Below are positions 11,679-21,700 of a stretch of 64,000 bases of DNA, piece by piece. The first letter of the stretch is position 1. Every line of letters starts with the position of its first letter. Location: NCBI RefSeq assembly GCF_009834535.1, contig NC_045696.1, forward strand, positions 54,004,001-54,068,000, written 5' to 3'. A program made the position numbers and the translations under genes. Source of the stretch: Camelus ferus. Lineage: Eukaryota. Below the pieces are notes generated by a model. It was not told where the DNA came from. It saw only the letters and a program-made list of their open reading frames with translations, and did no database searches.

Positions 11679-12910
11679 TTTGCATGAAGAACTGTCTTGC
11701 TATCTGCCCTGTTGGTCTTATATTCCAATAGGAGATGGAGAATAAATAAGCAAACTACATAAATACATACACATTTGGTTGTATATGAAAATGTTAAGCC
11801 TAGCTATAGAAGCTCAGGCTCATGCTAAAAGATTAAAACTGTTTATGATATAGAAAAAAAATTACATTTGACTCTAGAATAAGCAATCTCTTTCTCTCTT
11901 CATCCTACTCTCCCATGCCCTTCTGAGCATGCACATGTACCTCTTTTTGTCAAGTAAAGCCTATTTTCTGAAACAAAGACTCCACCACTGTATGGAGTGA
12001 ATAAGTATGTATGCGGAGTAAGAAAAAGCACATCTAAGTAATCACATCTTAAGAGATCTCAGTTCCTTGTTTTCTTTACTGAATGTTAATCCACTTGTAG
12101 GAAGATATAACTGCATCTTTTCTGCCAGCAACAATGAAACATTGGTTGGCTGGTGTATTTTCTTTCGTAAACAAAAACAGAAATGCTGAATTCATCTCCT
12201 GGTGGCAGAGCAGCAGGAAGATGACTGAGGCAGTAATGAAAGAGGTCTGAGAGCTTGTCCTGATTACGTGATGTCAGTTACAGTAGCTACTGCTGAAGCC
12301 TCAGGTGCTTCGTCTACTAAACCGGAGGTGTGGGCTAAATGATCTGTGAGATTCCTCCCAGTTCTCGTACACTTCTATTTCTTTTTTCTTTTCTTTTCTT
12401 TCTTTTTTTTTTTGGACGGAAAAACAGTAGATGTGTGGCTCAAAATGCAGTGCTTAGGAGACATCCTGCATGGTTCAGGGGTTCAAATGATGGGACTCAG
12501 CATGTGAACTCTGAATCTTCGACTCTCCGTTAGAGGCTTGATGAGTTCTCTAGAAAAAGGAGGCTAAAGAGACCTTGGAAAATCCCAGGTGATTCAGAAA
12601 TTCTGTTTGAATTATCCAAAAACCTTCCCAGGACCTTTGCTTCATTTGACCCCATACTTCTGAAGCAGAAATATATATATATGTATTTGTGATTCTGATT
12701 TCCCAACGTTCTGAGCCTCCTTTGTCCTACAAAGCTTCAACTTTTCAAAATAAGAACTGTATTGTTTTTAACAATCGGGTCTTTCTCCCCAGCTCCCACC
12801 CCCTGCTCAGTTTCTCTCTTCTCTGTGTTCTATCCCCGGCCCCTCTCAGCTGTCTGGCTCCCGCTGGTGTGCATTGTGATTTAAGGTACTCTGTGTTTTC
12901 CCTTCCTTAC

Positions 12911-13021
12911 CACGGTGCCTTTGATTCGGATACAGACAGATACATTATTGATCAGATTTTGGCTGCTGCTCTTAGCTTGCTGGTGCTGCACTAGTAACTA
13001 ATAAGCTCGTAAAAGAAGAGT
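12911..13021 (-). other. Candidate first exon of a minus-strand transcript (first ATG at 12945; MYLSVSESKAP + 2 nt; phase-2 donor)
   Basis: Follows a TATA box and Inr-like TCACTCT; no upstream ATG; ATG has A at -3; donor GTG|GTAAGG at 12911/12910. Confidence 0.4.
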
Positions 13022-13190
13022 GAGGAGATCCTGCCTCCTTTTATAAAGCAAACGGATGACAGTTCCCGCAGCCTCCATTTTGGTATCTTTCAGAAATGTT
13101 ACCTGTTTTCCCACTGGGAGCCTGGTTTGGTTGGTCCGACCTCATCACTGTGCAGAGGTCAGCTGTCTACACTGACCTCTGCACAGTGGA
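13017..13190 (-). promoter_or_regulatory. Candidate TATA-box promoter
   Basis: TATAAAAG (minus) 13045-13038; Inr-like 13023-13017; TGACAG 13057-13062; TTCCCGC 13063-13069; GTGGGAA (RBPJ-type, minus) 13108-13114; locally raised CpG; repeat-free. Confidence 0.45.
13146..13188. repeat. Perfect inverted repeat, 17-bp arms, 9-nt spacer
   Basis: CACTGTGCAGAGGTCAG-ctgtctaca-CTGACCTCTGCACAGTG. Confidence 0.95.
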
Positions 13191-13399
13191 GGCCTGCTTA
13201 GGTGGAGATGAAATTCACAGAGATGGAGGACCATTCTCTATTCCCTAGTGCATGAGTGGTTGGGCTTCTCTGCCAAGTGTTCCATATAAATCCGAAGTAG
13301 CCATTTTGAACCAGATGCTTATAATCTTATTTAATTTTTGCCACCGACCTGTGAGAACTTACAAGTGTGTGTACAGATATATACATATAAACATGATTA

Positions 13400-13570
13400 T
13401 TCTACCTGTAATATTAAAACCTGGAAAAAACTTAGGAGCTATTTAAATAAATTATTTGTCATCTATAAAGTTGAACATTATGCAGCTATTTTAAAAATGA
13501 GAGATATATGATGATTTTGAAAAATCTGTTATATTATTAAGTGGAAAACATACTTGTAATGGCTGAGCTC
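13400..13570 (+). mobile_element. Very old L1 (L1ME-like) 3' fragment
   Basis: 'aacattatgcagctattttaaaaatgag...atattattaagtggaaaa'. Confidence 0.45.
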
Positions 13571-13989
13571 ATTTGTCAAAATGTATCTACTATTTATCTG
13601 TCTTTCTGTCTGTCTTTCGGTCCATCTATTCATCATCCATCCGTCTAAATAGATACCCTGGTTTATGTGTAAAGCTTTTTCTATTTTACCGACAGTGAAG
13701 ATGACATCTGTTAACAACAACTCGCACTAGGGAGAGTGACTACGGGAGATGGAGGCTGGTAAGTAATAGCTTATCTTTCTTTGTTTTTTGGATTTCTAAC
13801 TTGGTGCAGATATTGCTTTTATTTCTTAAAGATGTCTTGTCAGCTGAGATGAAGGGAGAGGGTCATGGGGGCCGTAAGTCCCTGAATGATGAGGAGACAT
13901 GCAGGGGGCAAAGGGCAGTGCTGTGCAGGGAGAGAGGAGTGAGGCTGAAGTCAGTGCTTCCCCGCAATGTAGAGGTGCGGACAGGGAGG

Positions 13990-14158
13990 TCTGGAAGTTA
14001 GGAGAACTGGAGTCTAGCCCCACTCTGCCATGTCCTACCCTCTTATATGTGTGACTTAACCTCTCCTAACCTCAGCTTCCTCATTTATAAAGTCAGGGAA
14101 TTGTGCTGGCTGATGTCTCAGGTGCCTTCTAGCTCAGAAATCTGTAAGGTTCTATGAC
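13990..14158 (+). mobile_element. MIR3-like SINE
   Basis: 'tctagccccactctgcca...tgtgtgacttaacctctc...cctcagcttcctcatttataaa...ccttctagctcagaaat...ttctatga'. Confidence 0.7.
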
Positions 14159-14761
14159 ACATCAGCCTTTCTCCCACCACATAATTGGCAGAAGGTGGTA
14201 ATGGAATAAAGTCCAGAATAGAATTCATTATTCAGTGTTCATTTTCTCTGTCCTGCAGATGGAAATAGTCAATAGATCTTGTTTTTTCCCTCTTGTTTGC
14301 CTGATAATAAGTGAAGATAAACTCCCTACAACAGATGCCACCAAGACTTTATATATATGCTGGGAAAAACTGGCCCCACACTGCCTATTTGACAGAACAC
14401 ACTTCTGGTCAGAGACAGCAAGGGAAGGCAGAGCAAATAAACCATAAGGTAGAAAGCATGATCAGAGTTTTTATTTTTTTAAAAACAAAAAAAATACATC
14501 ATTTGCCATTTGGAATTTGGCAGGATGTGGTATTTTCTGTTTTATCTGACTCTACCTACCTGTCCTTTTAAAAGCATTTCAGCCCCACTAATTTTTGTAT
14601 TCCAAACCTACAGAGAAGAAAGAAGACTGACCTGGTCCCTGACATCCCAGCAGACAGTCAAATTCTCCTAATCTTTTATAGCCCTTGGCTCTGGGTTATG
14701 GAAAGAATGAACACAAAAAGCTGGGTGATCGCTAATGATGTGAAGGCCAAGGTAACGTGAG

Positions 14762-14985
14762 GTATACATTTTGAGCACCTACCACGTATTTGGTATCATG
14801 CTAAGTATTCAATATTCAAAGGTCACGGCCCTACCTTGAAGAGAGGAGTCTAAAGGGGGAAGAATCAACATGTTTATAACTACAGTACCAGTTCCACTCT
14901 GGAAGGATGATTCAGAGCGATAGAAGTACAGAGAAGGGTCCGAGTAAGCCTGATGAAGAGTCATTTGAGCTGTGTCTTAAAGGCA
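14762..14985 (-). mobile_element. L2 3' fragment
   Basis: 'acattttgagcacctaccacgt...tgctaagt...catttgagctgtgtcttaaagg'. Confidence 0.5.
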
Positions 14986-17255
14986 AATCACCAGTATCCA
15001 GGATCCTCTTCTGCTAACAGTTTCTGACCTTAATGTAGCAAGCATAATGTCTCCATTTCTCTGCATTCAACTGCCCCAGAAAGGGCAGGTGTGCAAAGAG
15101 CAAGCAGGTCATCTGAAGGATGGATGAAGAAAAGACCCACAAAGAGCAGAGCTGGTCTTGGCATGTGGAAGAGTAAAGGGATGGGGGGCAAGCCAGGGAA
15201 AGGATGGACCCGAAAGAAACAGAGGAAGGGAGGCAGGCAGGGAGGAAGGAAGGAAGAAAGGAACAGGGAAGCAGAAGACAGTAGGGGGCGGGGTAAACAC
15301 TGGGCTGGGCTGCACTTTTAAGGTGTCACAGATTTCTCTCCAAAGTGGTCTGGTTTACTTTATCTCTTCAGAGACTGTTTCACTGAACATCCTACAGTAA
15401 CTGCTGCCAGAGGGCATCTCTCTTCATGTGAGGTCCCTTACCATGTGTAAGCTACCACGAGCATGGTTGAGTTTTGTCTTGAAGCCTTTGTCAAAGTAGA
15501 ACAAATCTCGCAGCACTTCTAAAGTGCAGGCACCCTGCTGGGATGAAGATGGATGGACACTCATCTGGGAAGTATTTCACAACCAGGTGTGAATAGATGG
15601 AGGAAGGAAAGAAAATATTTCTATCATGGAGTGATTTACACTAGATTTAGACTAAGACACATAGCTGAGTATAGGAATCAGCTGTAAGTCACTTGTGAAA
15701 GAATAAATTGTTTTGTTTTTTTTTCCCTCAAGCAATGTGTATGTTTAAGTCAAATCAGCAATTGTTTTTTTTAATATCATTGTTCCTCATATGTTGTCAA
15801 TCCTTGATTTATTTACCTTTCTTCTAGCAGAGTCAGGCTCAGAACTGCTGGAGTCACAGGGTCAGGGAGAAAAGGACATGCCGCTGATGGTTGACTGACA
15901 ATTTTGTTTTCTATTTGAGGAATAAGTGAAGAGTCTCTGCATCTTCTCAGTACCCAAAGGGTGGCCCACTAGCCTGAAACTTTTGAGGCTAGAGTTGTCC
16001 CTGGGTATAATTATGATGAGTTTCCATAAAGGTCCTCTTCAAATGTCAATGAATAGGCCAATACCTGAAGCCATTAACATGTGAAGTCGTCATGCAGAAG
16101 GAGTAATGTTGCTGTGTGATTCTGGAGAAAGAATCAAGGTAAAACAGTTTCCACGATCCTTAATAAGATATCCAAAAAGGAGAAGAGACATTAATGACAG
16201 ATATTGTCTATTTCATTATTTTAAGTGGTGACTTGGGATTTGAGAAGTATTTACCAAGCCATGAGTTCTTCAGTGGTAGAATATCTGAAACTTTGCAAAA
16301 TGGGTTCTTGTGTTTCAAGCACTGGAGAACTAACGATATTCACTGTTCTTTCGGGTTCTTAACAATATTTAGTTATATGAATTGGCCTATGGAGTGCCCT
16401 AGCTCCATATAATTATAAGCCATATTATCATACGAGTTTAGCTTTTCTGTATATATGGAATTAAGGACTTAAAAACATTATATAATTTTCCTCCAAATCA
16501 CAAAGTGGAATATTCAAGGTCTTCACTGAGTTGCAATGATAATACGAAAGCAAAAACAAAAATAAAACCCTGAGCTCCCAATTCCCAATCCAGTGTCTTC
16601 TGTAGATTCCACTATTTCTGAAATACCAAGGAGAAGATACCAAGAATTCTAAAGAACACCTCAGCTAAGAATCACAATTCGTAGGGAAATCAGAGTTTTC
16701 AAAGCTATCTGACTGGCATATCTGTGCCTTCTCCTGGGCTTCATCTCAGCCCTGGAGCCATCACATTCAGAGGCTGTGTGGTGTCCTGCAGAGTGTGTGA
16801 TCAGCAACTTGGCAGGCAAGTTAAGGCCACCCGAGAATAGCGGGGAGTATGACCATGCATGTGTCCAAGGAGCAAATCTAGAAATTAAGATTAATCAATG
16901 AAAGAGAACTGTGAGTGGGAGAACCTCACACTGTGGCTTTCTGTCTGTAATAACCAATCTGATCCTTCATCATGGAGCAAATATTTATTTTGAACAACGT
17001 ACATCCTTAATACCATGTAAGGAGCTATAGAAAGAGAGAAATAATGACATGGCTCCAATTCTCAAGCAGTTTAGGATTCTATCTTAAAGAAGCACATTCT
17101 TGTCTCCAGTACAGTGAAATGTAAAAGAGCTACATTCACTGCATCTCAGAATCCTCAGATGTTTTTACAGGAGATGCGATACAATAGGAAGCTATTTAGG
17201 CTACGAGTGGTATAAATGAGTGTCCTTTTTTTTAATATAAATATGAATAGGTATA

Positions 17256-17632
17256 AAAAGACCATATAATATGCCTTGTATGTGAAATCTAAAAAAGAAA
17301 AGATGCAAATGAACATATTTACAAAACAGAGACAGACTCACAGACATAGAAAACAAACTTATGGTTACCAAAGGGGAAAGGGGGAGGGATAAATTGGGAG
17401 TTCTGGATTTGCAGATACTAACTGCTATACATAAAGTAGATAAACAACAAGGCCCTACTGTACCAGCACAGGGAACTATATTCAATATCTTGTAATAGCC
17501 TATAATGCAAAAGAATATGAAAAGGAATATATATATATATATTCATATATATGCATATAACCGAATCACTATGTTGTACACCAGAAATTAATGTAACATT
17601 ATCAATCAACTATACTTCAATTAAAAAAAAAA
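17256..17632 (+). mobile_element. Camelid/cetartiodactyl L1 3' UTR with poly(A)
   Basis: 'tttacaaaacagagacagactcacagacatagaaaacaaacttatggttaccaaagggg...gggataaattgggag...caactatacttcaattaaaaaaaaaa'. Confidence 0.9.
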
Positions 17633-18494
17633 CATCAAAACAGAACAAAAAGATAACTGATATAAGCTGTCCTTCCTGAAACAAGTCCAGGCATCTTTAC
17701 ACACACCTGATGCTGAGGAGGTGCCAGGAATTAACTTCCCACTGTCCATGTGGTGCTGACTTGAGGGGATGTGATCTGTGTCAGCATGAGGGGCAGCTCT
17801 GTCAGCTGACTTGGATGGACTTTCACAGAAAATAAAGGACATGAAGAGGGATGGAAAAGGAGTCCTATCTTCTCTGAAATATGCTGAAGCTCTTATAGAG
17901 GAAAATGTTTTTCCCCTAAAGAGAGGAGTTAGGGACCAGTGAGAACCATGTAGGAGAAAATCAGAGATTTGAGACTATTTTCCTGGTTAACTGTACATAG
18001 CCATCTCGGTAGCTGTACCCTCAATTAACCAGTACTGGTGGCATGCTATTCTTGGCTTCAGATGGTAGGTATTCTAAAGAAAACCAGAAGGTTTCACAAT
18101 GATTTTTTGTAACTCTTGAGAAATTCAGGGTGTCCTGGTAAAGATTAGTTATCATTTATCGTCTTCCTGGCTTTAGGGAGGCTCATCACAGATGCTCAGT
18201 CATTAGGTTATTCCCTATAAAACTGTTGAAAGTAAAGCCATGGTATTCGAAGTGCTTATTTTGCACAAAATGAATTAATGTCTTACACCTCAAGCTTGCC
18301 AAGTTTCAGCCGCTAATAGAAAAACATTAATGCTATCCTTCACTTTACATAATGTATTCCTGAAAGTTATGAGTAAATATTTTTTGGATATATCAAATCA
18401 CAGGTAAACGCACGGTGAGATTCGGCTGTTTAAAAGGGTCCCATCTAATTCCATAACTTTTACTAAGAATCAGTTTCATTGCAGTCATTGAACA

Positions 18495-18700
18495 AGGTTC
18501 TGCGCATATACAGATTAATGTAACTTGACTCCTGCCATCAAAAATCATCGAGTTTAGTCAGAGAGAGATGCATTAATACCAAATGTCGGTATCACACTCT
18601 AAGTGGGAGCATGGAACAAGCACTGGGGACTGTGAGAACAAAGGAGAGCAACCAGCCCACCCTGCGGAGATCAGTCACGTTGCCTGGACGGAAAAGACTG
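18495..18700 (-). mobile_element. L2 fragment
   Basis: Antisense L2 3'-like 'gactcctgccatcaaaaatcatcgagtttagt...gactgtgagaacaaaggaga'. Confidence 0.4.
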
Positions 18701-21700
18701 GCCGAAAGAGCAGAGTTTTGGATAAAGAACAACGATTCTTAAAGAATTCTCTGGTCCAGTAGTCATTCCTTATCTTATTTGTATTGTTTCTGTAATCTCG
18801 GCCAAATCACAGCCTTATTTCTAACTCTTCAATTGTCGAAAAGGGAATTACAGGCAAACTCAGTAGACGGATTGTTAAGGTCAGTTCCATGTCTATGATC
18901 TATACAGCCTTTGGTTCTTTCTTGGAATTATTATTTTTTTCCTATATAGGAAGTGTTCTTAATGCAAAGCACCCCTGCCTTCTACTGTAAATTTTACCAA
19001 TGTACTTATATTTAACCTGAAAATACAATGGGAAATGAGCATTGGTGGTACCACTACCAAGCCTTATAGAGAAAGTCTAAGCCATTCTGGGAGAAAGGAA
19101 CAGAACTTTGTTTTCATGGCTACGTTAATAAAAAGGCTTATAGGATGGGGAGGGGCTGACCTCCTAGAGAGAAGAAAGCTGAAGAATCACAATTTATCAG
19201 TTTCTGCCTTCTGAGAAGTGTGACTGTGTGTCTGTTACCTTTGCATATCAGTCTTCACTTTCAAATAGCTCTCTTAAATAACCTATTAGTGAAGAAAGAG
19301 TTTTTATTGACTAGATCGACATTTATTTTCCTCATTTTGGGTTTTTTGTTTGTTTGTTTTTTTGTTTTGTTTTGCTTTGCCTTGCTTTGTTTTGTTGCAG
19401 GGGAGGGGATGTGGAAGAGGATACTCATGACAGAATCATGTAAACTCAACGGTTCTGATTGGAAAGGTCTTTATTCAGACATGCAACTAATCATAGCAAG
19501 TATGTAAGAGTATGCAATATTAGGACTGGGGGTAGGGGATCATATCTCAGCTCCATTTATACTGTGCAGTGAGGGCAGGCTTCCTAAGGTCTCCCACACA
19601 TCCCCAGCTTCCTCCCCTGTAAAACACGAAGACCTAGATACCCTAAAGATTGGCTTTCCTTTTCATTATTTTTTAGGAGGGTTTTTTGAGTCATCAAAAC
19701 ATCATGTTATTGACTTACTGAAGAATAATCTACAGGATAATAAAAAATATCTCACAAACACATTAATTACAATGACACTGACTGCCCACAAGTAGAGGAA
19801 AACAATGTTCTAAGGGATAGTTGCCTTACCCAAGAGTTGGTAGTATCGAAATGAAAGACAAAACCCCTTCCCCAACAGAGAGCAATAAACAAGGGAGCCT
19901 GCAAATGCATTGTTATCCACTAACGCCCAGATGAAGATGTATATTCCAGCAGCCTTTGGGGGATCTGTAAATGCTTGTCTTAATTTTTCCTTTTTTCCCC
20001 GTAACAATTTCGTACATGCAAGTACACCTTCATAAAGACCTCCTTTAGAAAAGCTGTTTAAAATGTTGAAGCAGCCTTGACTCTAATGCTTTATAATACC
20101 CCTGACTTTAAAAACAAAATGTATAAATAGGGCTTTTTTTCTTTTTTGCTTTAACCTGTCAAACTTTCATCAGCGAGTAGTGGGTTTTAAATAGTTTTTT
20201 TTTCCTATCTTTTTTTTTTTTTAAAAAACAGGGAGGTCAGAGTTTACAAACTCATCATTTACAGATTCAGACTCAAAATTTCTCAAATGCCTGATTCATT
20301 TCTCATATAGAGTATATATCTGAGGGCTTCCAAGCCAGAGGGCTTTTTTGATACATGTGGAAAAAAGAAATTTATATTTTTTCTTTTCTAAATACATGAT
20401 CTAGAAAGATCACATACATAATGAAAAATGGATAATAATCTTTTAACAAGGATATAGATTTTTCTGACTAAACAATACATCTGTCAGGTGGCTAGACCAC
20501 TTCCTCCTTCTTAGCATCCAACTGACCCTGGCTGGGGGCAAGTGGTACCAGCGGGCAGGGCTCCAGGGCTCTGCTACCTGAAACCAAAATCCTGCCCATC
20601 TATGCACAGGTGCCTTTTTTTTTTTTTTTTTTTTTTCCTTTTTGGTCCAGAACACTACTACTTTTGTAAACACAGATATAATGCCTGGGGAGTCTTTTTT
20701 TTTTTTTTTTTTTTTTTCTGAGCAGGTAATACACTGAAGGAAAGAGCTTTGCCTTTGGAGTCAGAGAGACCAGGGTTCAAACTGCAGTGTCCTTATTTTG
20801 ATTCAGGGCGCTAGTAAAAATGGAATGACAAGTCTATCGGAGTACTAGGTGTATCACACAGAAGTTACGCATCTGTATGCACACACACATACATATGCAT
20901 ACATATATATGTATACTTACATGCATGTATAAATGAGCCACAGGAAGGGAGGGGATGCTGTCAGGGTGGCTCTGCAGAGGACACTGAAGGCTGGAGCCCA
21001 CTGGTATTGCTATCTGAGTTTTCTAGCTTTGCACACCAATGCTGCTGCTTTTAGTGTAAACAACTGAGAATTTGATGAGGAGAAGGACAAAGGGGATAGC
21101 TGTTGCTGTTTCAGGCTTTTATAAATTATCCTTTAAAAAACTCTGAAACCCAAAGTGCGGCAAGAAAGCCATGTAGAAAGACTGCAAGCTGTGGGGAGGT
21201 CACCACAGGGACGAAGGGACAAGAGAAAAGTGCCCACATGCTCAAGCCAAAAACAGTTTTCAGTACAGTCCCCTCTGCAGACTCCCAGCCCCGCAAGGAG
21301 AGCTGCAACCCTTGGTCACCTCCCTTCCCAGGAAAGTGCAGGCTCCCTCCCACAACTCAGCTCAGTCCTGGCCTGGCTCAGTTCAGGGCCTGTGCGCATT
21401 CGGCTGGTGCCCAGACACCCCGCAGATGTCATCTTTGCTCTCAGACTCTGTTCTGAGGAGTGTTAATGATCTCCTCTCCCTTGGACAATGGGCCTTCTTC
21501 CTTCCAGTGTGTGATTACTTTAGGTGATGTCCGTCTCTTCTGAGTGCATGTACAGGCTTGGAGTTTAAACTCAGACTTTGCCACTTCATATTCACACTGC
21601 CACGGTGAGGACATTTTAGTCACAATTAACATCCCAGAGCAGATATGAAAGAGAACAAGAAAGGACAAAGAGGAGAACCCCCCCCACTACACTTCCACTG

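Noticed and set aside
15091..15400. Three overlapping ORFs
   Set aside because: They arise from a GA-rich low-complexity tract that lacks stop codons
20870..20932. Palindromes in a TA/CA-rich tract
   Set aside because: By-product of a degenerate alternating microsatellite
21103..21668. Five overlapping ORFs
   Set aside because: Locally higher GC reduces stop frequency; no homology and no consistent splice signals
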